Of a stretch of 64,000 nucleotides of DNA, positions 14,663 to 27,594 are shown piece by piece (the stretch's first letter is position 1; each line of letters starts with the position of its first letter). Source of the stretch: Laetmonice hystrix (Eukaryota); NCBI GenBank assembly GCA_965235115.1, contig OZ249436.1, positions 54,934,001 to 54,998,000 on the forward strand, written 5' to 3'. A program made the translations under genes and the position numbers. The notes under the pieces were generated by a model. The model was not told the origin of the DNA and searched no databases. It was given only the letters and a program-made list of their open reading frames with translations.

Positions 14663-16503
14663 TACCCCCGTCACACTTATTCGGAATCAGCAGGAATCAA
14701 GCAGAACCAGCCGGAATGAAGAATTCTCAAAATTCGCGCCACATTCGGGAGGGAATTTCAAATTGACCAAAATTCTTACAACTTTGTAAGAATGGCGTTC
14801 GAATACTTATACCCTAGTCACACTAGAGGCGGAATGAGCCAGAATGCTGTCGGAATGAAAATTCTTGGTATATTCCTGGATATTCGAAGTGCATTCTAAA
14901 AGTTCTGACTGCATTCTGAGTGCATTCCAAATATTCGGGCCCATTCTTGTGGCCGGCCCGAATGTTTTGCTCATGCTCAAAACTTTCGAGGTGCATTCGA
15001 AGGGGAAAAATATCGAACGGCATTCGAAGTGTATTCTAAATGCACTCTGACTGTATTCTAAATATTCTTACGGCATTCCAACAGCATTCGAAACATTCTG
15101 ATCCCATTCGAGGGAGAATCGAAACGGCAAGCCACTTCAAATCCTGCCAGAATGTCCCGAATGCGCCTCGAATGAGCCGGAATGCACCTCGAATGCATCT
15201 CGATTGCTGCCGGAATCTATACTCTGACATTCGTGTTACATTCTATGTACATTCGAAGTGCATTGTAAGTGTTCGAGATGCATTCTGTTTGAATTTTTGG
15301 ACGTTCGAACCATATTCGGCGGCCATTCCGGGAGCGTTCTGACTGCATTTGAGGTGAATTCGTACAGCATTCGAGGCACCTTCCAACCAGACATCGGGCG
15401 GTATTTGGGCACCAATCGAACCGCACTCGTACGGCATTCGAGGTGCATTCTAAATATTCTGACTGCATTCTAACAATATTCTAAATATTCCTACTGTGTT
15501 CCAACTACATTCGAGCTGCATTCGAGCTAATACACCCGGAATGTACAAGAATCATTCGAGGCGGGTTCGAAGCGCATTCTAAGTATTCGAACGCCATTCT
15601 TACAAAGCTGTAAGAATTTTGGTCAACTTGAAATTCCCTCCCGAATGTGGCGCGAATTTTGAGAATTCTTCATTCCGGCTGGTTCTGCTTGATTCCTGCT
15701 GATTCCGAATAAGTGTGACGGGGGTATGAGAATGCGCTTTCGAACCCGCCTCGAATGATTGTTACACATTCCGGGTGTATTAGCTGTCGAATGCAGCTCG
15801 AATGTAGTTGGAACACAGTAGGAATATTTAGAATGCTGTTAGAATGCAGTCAGAATATTTAGAATGCACCTCAAATGCCGTACGAGTGCGGTTCGATTGC
15901 TGCCCAAATACCGCCCGAAGTCTAGTTGGAAGGTGCCTCGAATGCTGTACGAATTCACCTCAAATGCAGTCAGAACGCTCCCGGAATGGCCGCCGAATAT
16001 GGTTCGAACGTCAAAAAATTCAAACAGAATGCAGCTCGAATACTTCGAATGCACTTCGAATGTACTTAGAATGTAACACGAATGTCCCGAGTATATATTC
16101 CGGCAGCAGTCGAGATGCATTCGAGGTGCATTCCGGCTCATTGGAGGCGCATTCAGAACATTCTGGCAGGATTTGAAGTGGCTTGCCGTTTCGATTCTCC
16201 CTCGAATGCGATCAGAATGTTTCGAATGCTGTTGGAATGCCGTAAGAATATTTAGAATGCAGTCAGAGTGCATTTAGAATACACTTCGAATGCCGATCGA
16301 TATTTTTCCACTTCGAATGCACCTCGAATGTTTTGAGCATGAGCAAAACATTCGGGCCGGCTACAAGAATGGGCCCGAATATTTGGAATGCACTCAGAAT
16401 GCAGTCAGAACTTTTAGAATGCATTTCGAATATCCAGGAATATACCAAGACTTTTCATTCCGACAGCATCCTGGCTCATTCCGCCTCTAGTGTGACTAGG
16501 GTA
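14663..16503. mobile_element. Outer copy of a ~0.92-kb TIR element (probably Harbinger-type, non-autonomous), interrupted by an inverted copy of itself
   Basis: Ends TACCCCCGTCACACT ... AGTGTGACTAGGGTA. Segments 14663-14809 and 15727-16503 together are the reverse complement of 14810-15726. The interior is built of GCATTC(GA)/GAATGC subrepeats. Confidence 0.85.
14810..15726. mobile_element. Inner, intact copy of the same element (917 bp)
   Basis: TACCCTAGTCACACT ... AGTGTGACGGGGGTA, flanked by TTA and TGA. The equivalent empty site within the element itself reads TAC-TTA-GAATG. Confidence 0.85.
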
Positions 16504-16522
16504 TTAGAGACTCTCGCCAGCT

Positions 16523-16690
16523 TCGGTTCGAATCCCCCTCCTGTCAGTGCCACCGATTACTTTATCAAAGGCCTGGCGTGTAACGCTGTGTCTATGCAGT
16601 GCTGCATGTAAAATAACCCTTGCCACTTATCGCTAAGAGTATAGGCCTTCCTGTATCATCTCACCATCATCATTGCCATCATCGCCATTT
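16523..16690 (+). mobile_element. Degenerate tRNA-derived SINE related to 1-253
   Basis: GGTTCGAATCCC B-box; shares CCGA.T.CTTTATCA, CCCTTG.CAC.TATCG.TAAGAGTA and TATCATCTCA with the copy at 1-253. Confidence 0.6.
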
Positions 16691-17464
16691 TCCCGCATCA
16701 CCGAACAGAAAAAAATGAAAATCTTGTTGCCATCTTGAAGACGGCCAACATTTGCCGACAAGTAAAGTCACTAATCAACCACCACCGTTTTCCCTTTTAG
16801 TTTTATAAAGAAAGTCTTTTCTTGGACACAAAAATCGTACTCACCTCCTCCCATCGTCGGAGTTCGGCGTTGTCGCCATCTGCTGAAGAACAAAATGCAG
16901 ACAGCTGTACAAATTTGAAGGGATCAGATTGTGTTTTATTTTCCATAACACATATTGTTTTTATGAAAAGGATATTGTTATTCATAAAACAGATAAGTTT
17001 TATAAGCTCATTCCACAACATCATCCCCTGTTAAACGTATCTGTACGCCAGGAACTAAGTGTGCGTAGTGTACGGTAGAAGCCACTAATAAAATTAGAGC
17101 AATTCGAAAAGTTCTAGGAGCGATAAAGATAAAGATAAAGAAAACGTTCCAACCAATCCTTGAACCTCCACTGATAAACATATAAGCCACTTTACAAGCA
17201 GATAGTTGGAATATGAAATCGCCGGACAATGAAACCTATAGGATAGGGCAGAAATAAGAGTAGAGTTGCAATCCGTTAAGACAAATGCGACTGTGTGGAA
17301 ACAAATGCTGCTGTACAATTCTTCACATATAGCGTACTGACACTCAACTCAAAAATAGGACCATCATATCGGATTATCTTCAGGCATGTTGTATACTACC
17401 GCGGTACACGCGGTCCCAGACACCTTCCAAACACATAACTAATGAGGAACAATAAGCACCCAAA

Positions 17465-17619
17465 CAGGGGCGGATCCAAGATTTTGGTAAGGGGGGTGTT
17501 AAAGGGGAGGATTTGCTTAGGGGGGTTAGCGTGGTTAATTCAGAAAGCTCTATGTAGAAAAAAGAAAAGAATGGCTGGGGGGGGGGGGGGTTAAACACCA
17601 ACCCCCGGATCAGCCACGG
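17465..17619. mobile_element. hAT-like MITE with 5-bp TSD
   Basis: CAGGGGCGGATCC ... GGATCAGCCACGG; CCAAA duplicated at 17460-17464 and 17620-17624. Confidence 0.7.
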
Positions 17620-19482
17620 CCAAAGATTAAGAAACAAAAGGAAAAGAAGTAGGCCCTACTCTTAGTTTATAATCTTATTTGTATGTAGGCCCATTATGAA
17701 TATTTAAACTAGAAACTTTGATTGCCAAGCAATACAGGTAGGATCCCATTTCCCCAATGGATTTCTATCACTATCTGTGCAGTTTTCTGTCATTTAATAT
17801 GGTTCGGCCCTCTACCTTTACATAACGCTGCCGACCCCGGCCAGGGCTAGGCGGCTGCCTCACAGTCGGTGGTCTGTGACAGTAGCCTACTCAGAGATTC
17901 CAACCGTCCGAGTGACAAACATTTTACTGTGAAGACTATAACCATAAAAACAAAAAATTCTGGCTTTGTTACCTTTCAAAAAAACCCAACTAAACATTTA
18001 GTGGTATACCTGACTCTATATGCACTTTGTAACCGTTGTATTATGGCTATGTTTAACACGTTTCAAGATACAGCCCGTCAAAGTTAGGTTACATAAATCA
18101 TCATAAATAAAAACTTATTGGTAAATTTATGAAAAAATTATGCAAAGTGATCAATCTTCAAAAGCAACACACATCTTCCAGAAATTCAAGAAATGAGGCC
18201 TCCTTTGAGAAACTTTAATACGTCATAGATCTAAGTCAGTGACGTGACGTCATATGGCGTAATCAGTAAATAGCTGATCAGTTTAGTGCATGATCAATGT
18301 TCCCTGCAAGTTTCATGACGATACTTTCATAGATAAGGTTCCGAGATACACCAATAGTCGAAGAAGATTAGGTCTGCACCAACAAAGCACCGCCTTCCCC
18401 ATACTGGCCATAGAATCCTGAGTCAGTCTGCATTGAGTCTGCATTGACCCGATCAAGGTCCTGTCACAGCCAGACGTGACCCAGTTTCTACAATCTGATT
18501 GGCACAGATCTGTGCAGGAATTGGGTCATGGTCTCCATGCAGACCATGATTCACGCTATGGACGCTATACACTCAAACACCACTTTGTGGTTGTTCTACT
18601 GATAAAAATCACGCTGTGTCAGATAGGTGTATTAACTTTCGCTACTGATAATATATTGTGTCGAATATGCTGTACCATACATTCATTCACCCCACATTTA
18701 TGTTTAACATAATGGAGGAACACTTAAATTATTTGGTATTTTAAGTCTAGGCCTAGGCTTTTTTTATACCACTCTTTTAATATTTTTTGATGTCCAATTT
18801 AATATGGTTGTGCCCGCCTTTTCCTTACATAATGTATAAATAAGTAAAATGATATAAATTAAACCATTCTGCCGGTATTATAATGGACTTTACCGATTCT
18901 ATGATCTATTATTACCAGTAATTGTATTCACTGATACTGTATTCACTGATACTTTTACCTGAACGTATCGGCTACCGGTCATTGCCCCTGTTACCGTCCA
19001 GGCGCGGCCTGATCTCCCTCGGGCTGGGCAATGCCATGCTTCCCTCTCAAAGTCAGCTCTGCCCTGGGCTGGGCAATGATAGGTACCCCTAGGAGACCCC
19101 CAGTCATGTTCCAGGAGGACCACAATGTAAGTATGAGACGGGGGCAGGTGAGCCATAGTTTGTCTCTCTTCGTCCACTGGAGTTAACCTCATCAAGGCCC
19201 GCAAAGTTTCCGCCATGTCTTCATTCAATGTCCCGCCTCCACTTTAGATCAGGTCCAGTTCTTGAAAACGTAATTTTCAAACGCTTCTTCTGAGAAGTAC
19301 AATTATATTCACAGATATAGGTATACTTCAACGGAAACTAATTCTTAGCGGCAGTGCGCAATGCTCTGGTAACAATGGCAGGAAGCCGCCATAATTCAAT
19401 ATACCTTGTGAGGTAGTGGATGTGCAAATTATACAACACTGCCAACGTGGGAGGGGGGAACGTTCAAACATCCTTGGTACTT

Positions 19483-19690
19483 GAATCTGGACTTTCAAAG
19501 TTAAGTCCCAGTGCTCATGTTCTGTTCATGTAGAATCTGGACTTTCAAAGTTAAGTCCCAGTGCTCATGTTCTGTTCATGTAGAATCTGGACTTTCAAAG
19601 TTAAGTCCCAGTGTTCATGTTCTGTTCATGTAGAATCTGGACTTTCAAAGTTAAGTCCCAGTGTTCATGTTTTGTTCATGTAGAATCTGG
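19483..19690. repeat. 50-bp tandem repeat, about 4 copies
   Basis: GAATCTGGACTTTCAAAGTTAAGTCCCAGTG(C/T)TCATGTTCTGTTCATGTA starting at 19483, 19533, 19583 and 19633. Confidence 0.95.
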
Positions 19691-20038
19691 CCAGGGCACC
19701 AAGGCCGCGGGTAGGGCACCAGGCCGTGGGCAGGGCACCAAGGCCGCGGGCAGGGCACCAAGGCCGCGGGCAGGGCACCAAGGCCGCGGGCAGGGCACCA
19801 AGGCAATGCAGCGGCAAGTCACCAAGGTCGAGGGCAAGACACCAATGCCGGGGCAAGGCACCAATACCGGGGCAAGGCACCAAGGCTAGCGGCAAGCACC
19901 AAGGTCGGGGGCAAGGTACCAAGGTCGGCGACAAGGCACCAAGCCCGGGGGCACGGCCATAATGCCGCGAGAAACGCACCAAGTCCGCGGGCAAGTTCCC
20001 GAGCCGGGGGCAAGTTCCCAAGGCCGGGAGCAAGGTAC
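19691..20038. repeat. GC-rich ~20-bp tandem repeat, degenerating rightwards
   Basis: CAGGGCACCAAGGCCGCGGG units. Confidence 0.9.
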
Positions 20039-22060
20039 TACGCCCACTAACTTAGTACCGACAAGATTACGGATTTCTGTTGCTAGCCGTCAGCATGTTA
20101 AGCTAATCAACCCGATGGTTAGCGTGCGCGGTGTCTGGGCAATGCAACTACCAGACACAAAAAGTTGGCATCAGAAACCCCACGTCCTCACTTCAAACTT
20201 AAACAACCAGAAGTTGCACGAGCACAAAGTCACGTATGATTCCTGGAAATGTTGCCCCAAATATCATCCAGCAAAGAGCCTTCCCGGAAAGGTTTGATGT
20301 TTCGTCTGCATTTCACATCTTTACGCATCCTCTTCAACAACGACCCTTGGGATCGGCGGGCTAGTGTTAGGGCAGTTTCGTCATTTCCAGCTCAAATAAT
20401 CCCATCCAATGTCGCGCAAGGGCCATTCCCTTGTGAGCGCCAATAGTGCCCTTCACCGTGCAAGAACCTATTGATATTATTGGTCCCAGAAATTGGATGG
20501 TGAACACTTCGGAGTAAATGCTATTCCCTATGTAAGCTTGGCGCTGAGGATTATGAAGTCAGCAGAGTTGTGGGCTGCGGGACAACCCACACATATCCAG
20601 CTGTCACTCCGCCATGTGTTGTTCAATATGTCGTCTTGGTGGCAGGCTGACGCCCACCTGACTGACCCCCTATAATCTTCTCTCTTTATCCTGGCATATG
20701 ATGGAACAAAAGAAGCTCATCTGGTTGACCTTTCCCTGGCAACAGCCGATAGGAATTATTAAGTGTAAAATCACAACTCTCACTTAATAAACAGGGCAGC
20801 ATATGTGACAGATAAATATATGCTATTACGGTAAAGATCAATTTGTGAAGATTTTTCTTTAAACGGTTTTTTAATCAAACCCCTTGCTTGGAATAACGCA
20901 CCGATAAAAATTTAAGAAAAAGAAACTTTTGCTTGTAATGCAGGATCCTCGTGGTTTCCCAACTGACGACATCAATAAGGAATAGGCCAACGTGCAGTAC
21001 AACAGGTGGTCACAAATTAAAACTTCACTTCTGGAATACTTGTTGCTGTGGAACAAATGCAATGTTTACGTACCCACCAAATTAAACGATTGCATTATGT
21101 CATGTCCATTTCCTGAACGAATATTTCCAAAGTTATATGAACTCGATTGAAAAAGGCAGAAATTGAGGAAAAGAGATGAACAAAAGAATTTGGGGAACCC
21201 CCAAAGACTTGTGGGACACTCTACGATGTACATTATTATTATTTCAATCCTGCACGATAACAGTCAAGTATACAGGAAAGAAACAAAATAAGTGGATACT
21301 TTACTTGGCCATGCCTGTTAAAGCTGAACGATCAGAGACCCTTTAAATGCCGAGCGACGCCCTGCGTTTCTTAAACACTGCAATTGTTTGCAGCGTTTAA
21401 CACCTTTTCCGAAGCAAATCTCCTTGGGTTCTGCGTGCTTGCCCTCTTTCGGCTGCAGTAATGATTTTGAGGTGAGATTTAGGGCGTTGGGGATCGGGCG
21501 CGGGGGTGTCACTGGAGGTGTATGACCTCCACACATGCACGAGTCTCTTTGACACGCTGTGACATGCTCAGCCATCGCTCTCATAATTTGGCCAATCACA
21601 TCTGTGGTCAATAATAGCGTCCATCATGTAAGTGACAATTAACCCATTATTGTACCTCTCGTCAAGAATCACCACGTGACCTCTGCCAGTTGTCACCACG
21701 TGGCCCGGGTCATCCTCTGATCCCTGGCCACGTCGGCAGGGAAACTTGATCACATCAATAAACAGCTGTCTGCTGCCACTTGAGCTCGGACACAATCTGG
21801 ATACAATTTGACCCACCTGTGTATACCTCATACTCGTAGGCTAAACCATAAAGTCCTTCAACCCTCCCTCCCTAGAAAAATTAAATCTTCTAGAAAAACC
21901 TTCAAGTAACATTTTTTACCTTAGAACAGTGATATGTTTCCAGTGGGACAGAATTTTATGTGCAATATGCAGTGAGCGGCGAACCGCAGGCAGAGACGTA
22001 GGCCACACCGCCAAATCTTCTACACATGTAGAATCTATATGTCCGGGCTGGTTGTTTTAA

Positions 22061-22425
22061 TGCGGGATTTTCACCGGACGCGAGCGAGCGATTTCATCTT
22101 TCACAATCGCGCGCCTGGTCAGCACAACGCGAGCGCATCATCTTTGACCATTTCCACCAGGTGCGAGCGCAAACCCCAATATGGTAGTGTCTAGTCTTGT
22201 GCGTCACGAAGATTTCCTAGGACAAAATCTCGTTACGTCGAGCGAGCGAGCGCAAAAAGTTGAAAGTTGACAAACTTTATAAAATCGCGCGTGCGACAGA
22301 TGGTATGATGTGCGCGCGCGCGTCTGGTGGAAATTACTGCAATCACTTCAACTACATGTATTTCTACTTTTGAAGCGCGCGCGCACCAAAACAAATCGCT
22401 CGCTCGCGTCTGGTGGAAAATGGCA
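22061..22425. mobile_element. MITE with an internally repeated TIR motif
   Basis: TTTTCACCGGACGCGAGCGAGCGATTT is mirrored by AAATCGCTCGCTCGCGTCTGGTGGAAAA; extra TTTCCACCAG / CTGGTGGAAA copies at ~22150 and ~22325. Confidence 0.65.
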
Positions 22426-22493
22426 CTGGCGCCATAGGGCGCCTAAAATTGCGCCAAGGCGCGCAAAAGACTGGGGGGGGGGGGGGGGGGGGG

Positions 22494-22690
22494 TTGTACG
22501 CCTTGCAACAGCAAGGGCCATAATCACGGCGGTGAAGATGATGATGAAAGTCAGTTTTTCTTAGTGCAGGAAACCGGAATACCCGGAGGAAACCACCGAC
22601 CTTCGGGAAGGAACTGACTGACAAACCTTTCACACATGCAACCCAGGCCGGGGATCGAACCCGGACCGCAGTACTTGCTCTAGAGTTCCA
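22494..22690 (-). mobile_element. tRNA-derived SINE with a V-SINE-like core
   Basis: On the minus strand: B-box GGTTCGATCC (22652-22661), then GGTGGTTTCCTCCGGGTATTCCGGTTTCC (22569-22597), which matches the V-domain signature. Confidence 0.75.
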
Positions 22691-25369
22691 AAGTTCCATT
22701 TCCCAAGGAAGATGGAATCTGTAACCCTTTCACAGACAGATGTCGCGATAGATCTCACCCGAACAATTACATTCCTATATTTTACTGTCATGGTTATTAA
22801 ATATCAGAAATGAAACATGTAACTCACACGAGAGCACCCATCCTGGACCCGGTAGAGGGGGCGAAAAAAGCCTTGGTACCAGGGCAACTTGTGGAGGATG
22901 AACACATTTGATACAGCCTTCCACAAGACGTTGTTGGAACCACCATTGGCTCCCCGTCCGTGCCCGGTCAGGTCGATTTGACAACGGTGTGGTCCACTGC
23001 TGACGCCGCGGTACCTCACGTCTGGGGCTCCACCCAGGAGCCGACACTCCTTCCCACGCAGGGGCTGGGACGGCCCCGGCCCTGGGCCTAGGCCCTGCCC
23101 AGGAGGGTCATGGTGTCGGGGTCGAGAGAGCCCTGTCATCCTGGCCTCCTGCATTCAGTAAAAGCCTCAGGACACTTACGGGTCGTCATCACATGTTGAG
23201 GGTAGGTTGTGGCCCAGTTAAACGATCCCCATCCGGGATAAGCTCCTCATATATCCTGAGGGATTCCAGGGTTAGATCCTTAGATACGTGATAACAGTAA
23301 TCCACAGTAATCCACAACAACCAGGAGGTCTATACACTTCTATCCCTCGTTCTCGGGGACAGCCTTTTCCACACATCCAGCCGGACCACTACCAGTGCGA
23401 CTGCTATCGTGGTCCAGTTATGGCAGCCGGACATGTAAAGTTGACAACTTTTATCCGAACCAGTTCGGGCCACTCCTAAACACAAGAGATCCGCCTCAGC
23501 TGTGATCTGAGAACGTAGATCTCGCAGCCTGAGAGCGAGCCGTGGGACGATACTCCACTATCAAAGATCCTCTCATTGTAGTGCTCACCATAGAATAACA
23601 CCCCCAGCGATCGTTTTTCTAATCCACCCTTTTGTATCCACTGCCTCTGGTCTCATTTTTCTCCCCGGGCGCCCCCGAGAGACCGCGAGGTGATAGAGGA
23701 AAATTATCCCAAGCAATCCGTGAAGCGTACGATGTTTGTGTAAGGGTGAGAGCCGATATATACTGCGCATCCAAGCATCTCCGTAAAGGTTCAGGAGCTC
23801 TGACACAACTTTATACAGTGCCTCCTCAACCTTGTGTCATGTCTTGGCTGCCTTTTCCCACCCAGACATCTCATATATACCTGGACGATCCGCTATTCTT
23901 CCATTGAGGTCGGAATGCACAGACGATCCAGAGCGCCTTGATAATGTTATGGGGGACCGTTTGGCTAGGTCTTACCATCCAAGTTGGTCTCTCTCTCTCA
24001 CTGCACAAGGGTGTTACACCTGCTAGACTGACCCATACCGATCGAGCCTGTTGATTTGTCAACATATGAGATATCGCGGCTACAAGCCGGACCTTCCTAT
24101 ATAGGGGCCATGCCCACTTGTATAAACTAGGCTCAGTTACCGACGTCATGCATCAACAAGGCACCGCAAACTGATAGCCCTGATAAGGATCCAAGTTTGA
24201 CTGCACTCTCGGAGACCATGTAGAGGGCTGGGGCGGGTGGGAGGGGGGTGGGCAGGTTATCCACGGGGCTTCTTGTGTCATCACAGCATAGATGAGTCAT
24301 AACACTCCTATAGGTCATGTGACCACAAAAATCTTTCTTGACGGCATTTCCCGGACCGGAAATAGCAGCGGGAAAGTCCCATTCCAATAGACTGTATTTT
24401 GTAGACAGGACCTATTGTAGTACCGTATCTGCTGACCTGCTTATCCCAGGTATTAGGTATTCTGATAGTGGGCCATCAAAGATTAAAAAAATACAACCTG
24501 GATCTCCTAGAATCTTGTTACAAAAACGCGGCAATCGATAAACAGATGGTTCGCCCATTTGTAGATGGGCGACCCAATAATGATACACCGAACACATTAT
24601 TTGCAAGTTGACAAGTTTATTCGTTCCCTCTTACCTTTATTTTTGTTCAAATTCAAAGCGGCGAATGAAGTAAATTGTCTAATAATGTAAAACGATACTG
24701 GGGCTGGCCAGCCTGCGCCAGAGGCGCCTTTCTTGTATGTTCCGCAGTCTACCAAAGTGTGGCGCCTCTATACAAACTGGAAGTGCTACCTTTTAAAAAA
24801 TCGCACGAAAATAAAACCACCGTGAAAATATCTCAATCAAAAATAAATAAAAATGTTTTTAAAAACAAGATATCATCGATGATAACCTAAAATGATTCTG
24901 ATTTATTAACTTGTAATTCACAGTCATATATTATATGGTGAAATACAATACGACTACAAATAACTCTTCGATAAAGTAGAGGGGGAATCCATTATTAACT
25001 TGACATCATGGTTGCAAGCAATACATTAATCCCATTTCCTCTGGACGTAATGAGGAAAACGTACAACGTCAGACCTGTGCCATTCGAATGCCATCAAGTA
25101 CATGGTTCTCTAAGATAATTTTTCCATAACTTGACCTCTGACCATTACCCTTTCTGAGATTCAGGACAACGGTAAAAATATGGTTAAATCGCTACCTTTT
25201 TATCCATAAATAAGAGTTTTGATGAGAACTACATGGCAAAATAAAGGGTACGAATAAAGAGGTTGGGATGCTGAGCTGGATTTATGCACACTTTTTCCTG
25301 TGACGTTTTGTGTCATGACGTCATCCACATAATATTTCAAATAGGACCTAGGCACCTTTATAAACGTGA

Positions 25370-25444
25370 GTCTCAATAGCTGAGTGGGTAGCATGCCCGA
25401 CCTAAAGGCTGGAGATGATGGGTTCGAATACAAAAACGCCACCA
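25370..25444 (+). pseudogene. tRNA-like / SINE head remnant
   Basis: A-box TAGCTGAGTGG and B-box GGTTCGAAT at tRNA-like spacing. The acceptor and T stems do not pair, so it is not a functional tRNA. Confidence 0.45.
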
Positions 25445-26626
25445 AGCAGGATATGAGGCCTTGTCATAGTTTTGTAGCAAACTGTTCTTTAGGAGCATAC
25501 CTAAAAAAAAGTGAGCCGGACTGATGCTACATGATGACATCAGTCCTTCAATCTAGTTATAGTATGTCATGTGATTCCGTGTGGTTATGACATGCGGTTC
25601 TGAAGTAGCGTTGAGCAATTATGAGACCAAGTATAGAACATGGATGGGTGACTTCTCAGACAACCAAAACATGACGTCGCATGACGTACTTTTTCGCATA
25701 GATATGCATATGTATAGATCTTCATCTCATGATGAAACCAAAGAACGTATGAAGAAGATTGTGGATAGGTAACCTGGTGCTTGTAATTCTACATTATAAT
25801 GTGAATATTTAACATCAACATCACCTGTGGGGTTCTCTCACCTGAAGCTTCAGGGGGGAATCTGTGATGTTGATGAGTTTCTCGGCACGGTCACGGCCGC
25901 GCTAGTAGATCAATAAAAGTATTTACATGGAATCCTTGTGTTGGGAGTTGTTGTGAAAGGATGATTTCAATGCATAGGCTACGCGTGGCCGCTAAAGCCT
26001 GCAGACACGTAGAGTCGACTTGCATATTTTTCCCTGGAGACGTGTTTTTTATGGCATAAGTTCTCCTCCAACTCCCATCAGGTTAATTATTGGCCTGAAG
26101 GTGCAGTGACGAGGGATCTTGTCGACGAAATTCTGATCGTGTTAAATATTGTCATAATGAGGCTGGATCTGCTAGAAATAAACTGTCGACAAAAGAGATG
26201 AGACAGGCACACAATGAAAATGGAGGGGAAGCTATACTCGAACTGTACACGTCAGAGCTGATACTTTTGGTCGAGAAAAAAAGTGGAAATCTGTGACTGT
26301 GACTACATCGAGCCAGATGTACCACGTTTTATCAGAGGGTAAAACCTGCTGCAACGTACCCCAAATTGCATACTACATGTCCTGAATTTGTATCTTTAAC
26401 TTGTCTTACCAATCTTTAAGTTGTGGAGAATTCACAGGATAATTTGACGATTTTAACCTGTAGGTTTTAACATCAACAACAGCGGATAATATCAACTGAC
26501 ATCAATCGCCTGACGTGGGACCGTGGTACGGCACAGGCTCATCTTGCCTTTTTTCAAGCTCTTGAAAATGAAATGTCAAAATGCAAGCACTTTTCCAGGT
26601 TTTCGTGGAGCGTACGAACCCTGTAA

Positions 26627-26856
26627 TGCCCGCCACACACTATACGATCCCCCGGCAAATCACACGGCCCCGCACACTATACGACTTACGATCCGACTGT
26701 GATCCGATTCAAAATTCGAATCGATCGGCTGTCTGGGGCCCTGCGACCCTTCCGATCGTCGTAGGCGAGTCGTACGCGAATCATAAGCAAATTATAAGCG
26801 AGTCGTAAGCCCCGAATGCTATCGGATCATAAGAAAATCCTATTGTGCGGCGGGCA
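26627..26856. mobile_element. PIF/Harbinger-type MITE
   Basis: TIR TGCCCGCC(A/G)CACA; TAA on both flanks. Confidence 0.8.
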
Positions 26857-27594
26857 TAACAGTACTGGGGATGCGATGAAATCATATGAAGAGCTTAGGT
26901 TCGTGATCTTGAAATATAAAGAGACAGGATGAGTACAATGTATTTGGCATTGGTATAAGTTGGCTCGCTATGTCCCTTGACCTGACGCCTAGCCGTGGTC
27001 CAGCTCTGGCCCAGCTATGGTCGGGTTCAGCTTCACCCCAGGCGGTCGGGGGTCCCCTTGGCTCCGTTCCCCGGCCACCTCTGCCGTACCTGTGCCGTAC
27101 CACGGGCCCACCTCACGTCACGCCATTGCCCAGTAGACCATCGTAGCCCAACCAGCTTTCACACATGGTCACACTGAACGAGCATTGGTAGGACTGGGCT
27201 GCGTTCAGGAAAATTTACAAACTAAACGGCCGAACGTTTTGAAACGCTGAACCAGCATCACACACGCCGATCGTTATTAGTTTATTCGATTTTTTTCCTG
27301 ATGTTGATCCTGTCCTGTAGCAATTTGGCGCGCTCTAGTCCTTATAGATAGTTACCCTGGAAAACCTTAGAAGACTTGAAGAAGTTCTTAATTTTTATCA
27401 CCTTTAAACAGATCCTACATGTCATGGTCATTATTGTGATTATTCTGTACGATTCCTTAATTATTGTGATATTTTGTTTGTCTGCAAGCTTATTACAAAC
27501 ATGTCATCCCCCGGAGCCCTTACAAAATTTTCAATTTTATTTCGCAAACCGGAAGTAGATATGATAATGCAGGTTCAAAGTGCTCAACCCACAT

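Noticed and set aside
14823..16490. Mirror-image ORFs of 60-144 aa on both strands
   Set aside because: They arise from the inverted duplication and GCATTC subrepeats, and have no transposase motifs.
18899..19270. 109-aa minus-strand ORF as an exon or retroelement ORF1 remnant
   Set aside because: It ends at a plausible donor, but has an upstream in-frame stop, no convincing acceptor and no recognisable motif.
19611..20033. Gly/Arg/Pro-rich ORFs
   Set aside because: They are translations of the 20-bp GC-rich repeat.
21318..21831. Two overlapping minus-strand ORFs with Cys/His residues
   Set aside because: No recognisable zinc-finger spacing or family signature.
25370..25444. Functional tRNA gene
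   Set aside because: A and B boxes are present, but the cloverleaf stems do not pair. Kept only as a remnant.
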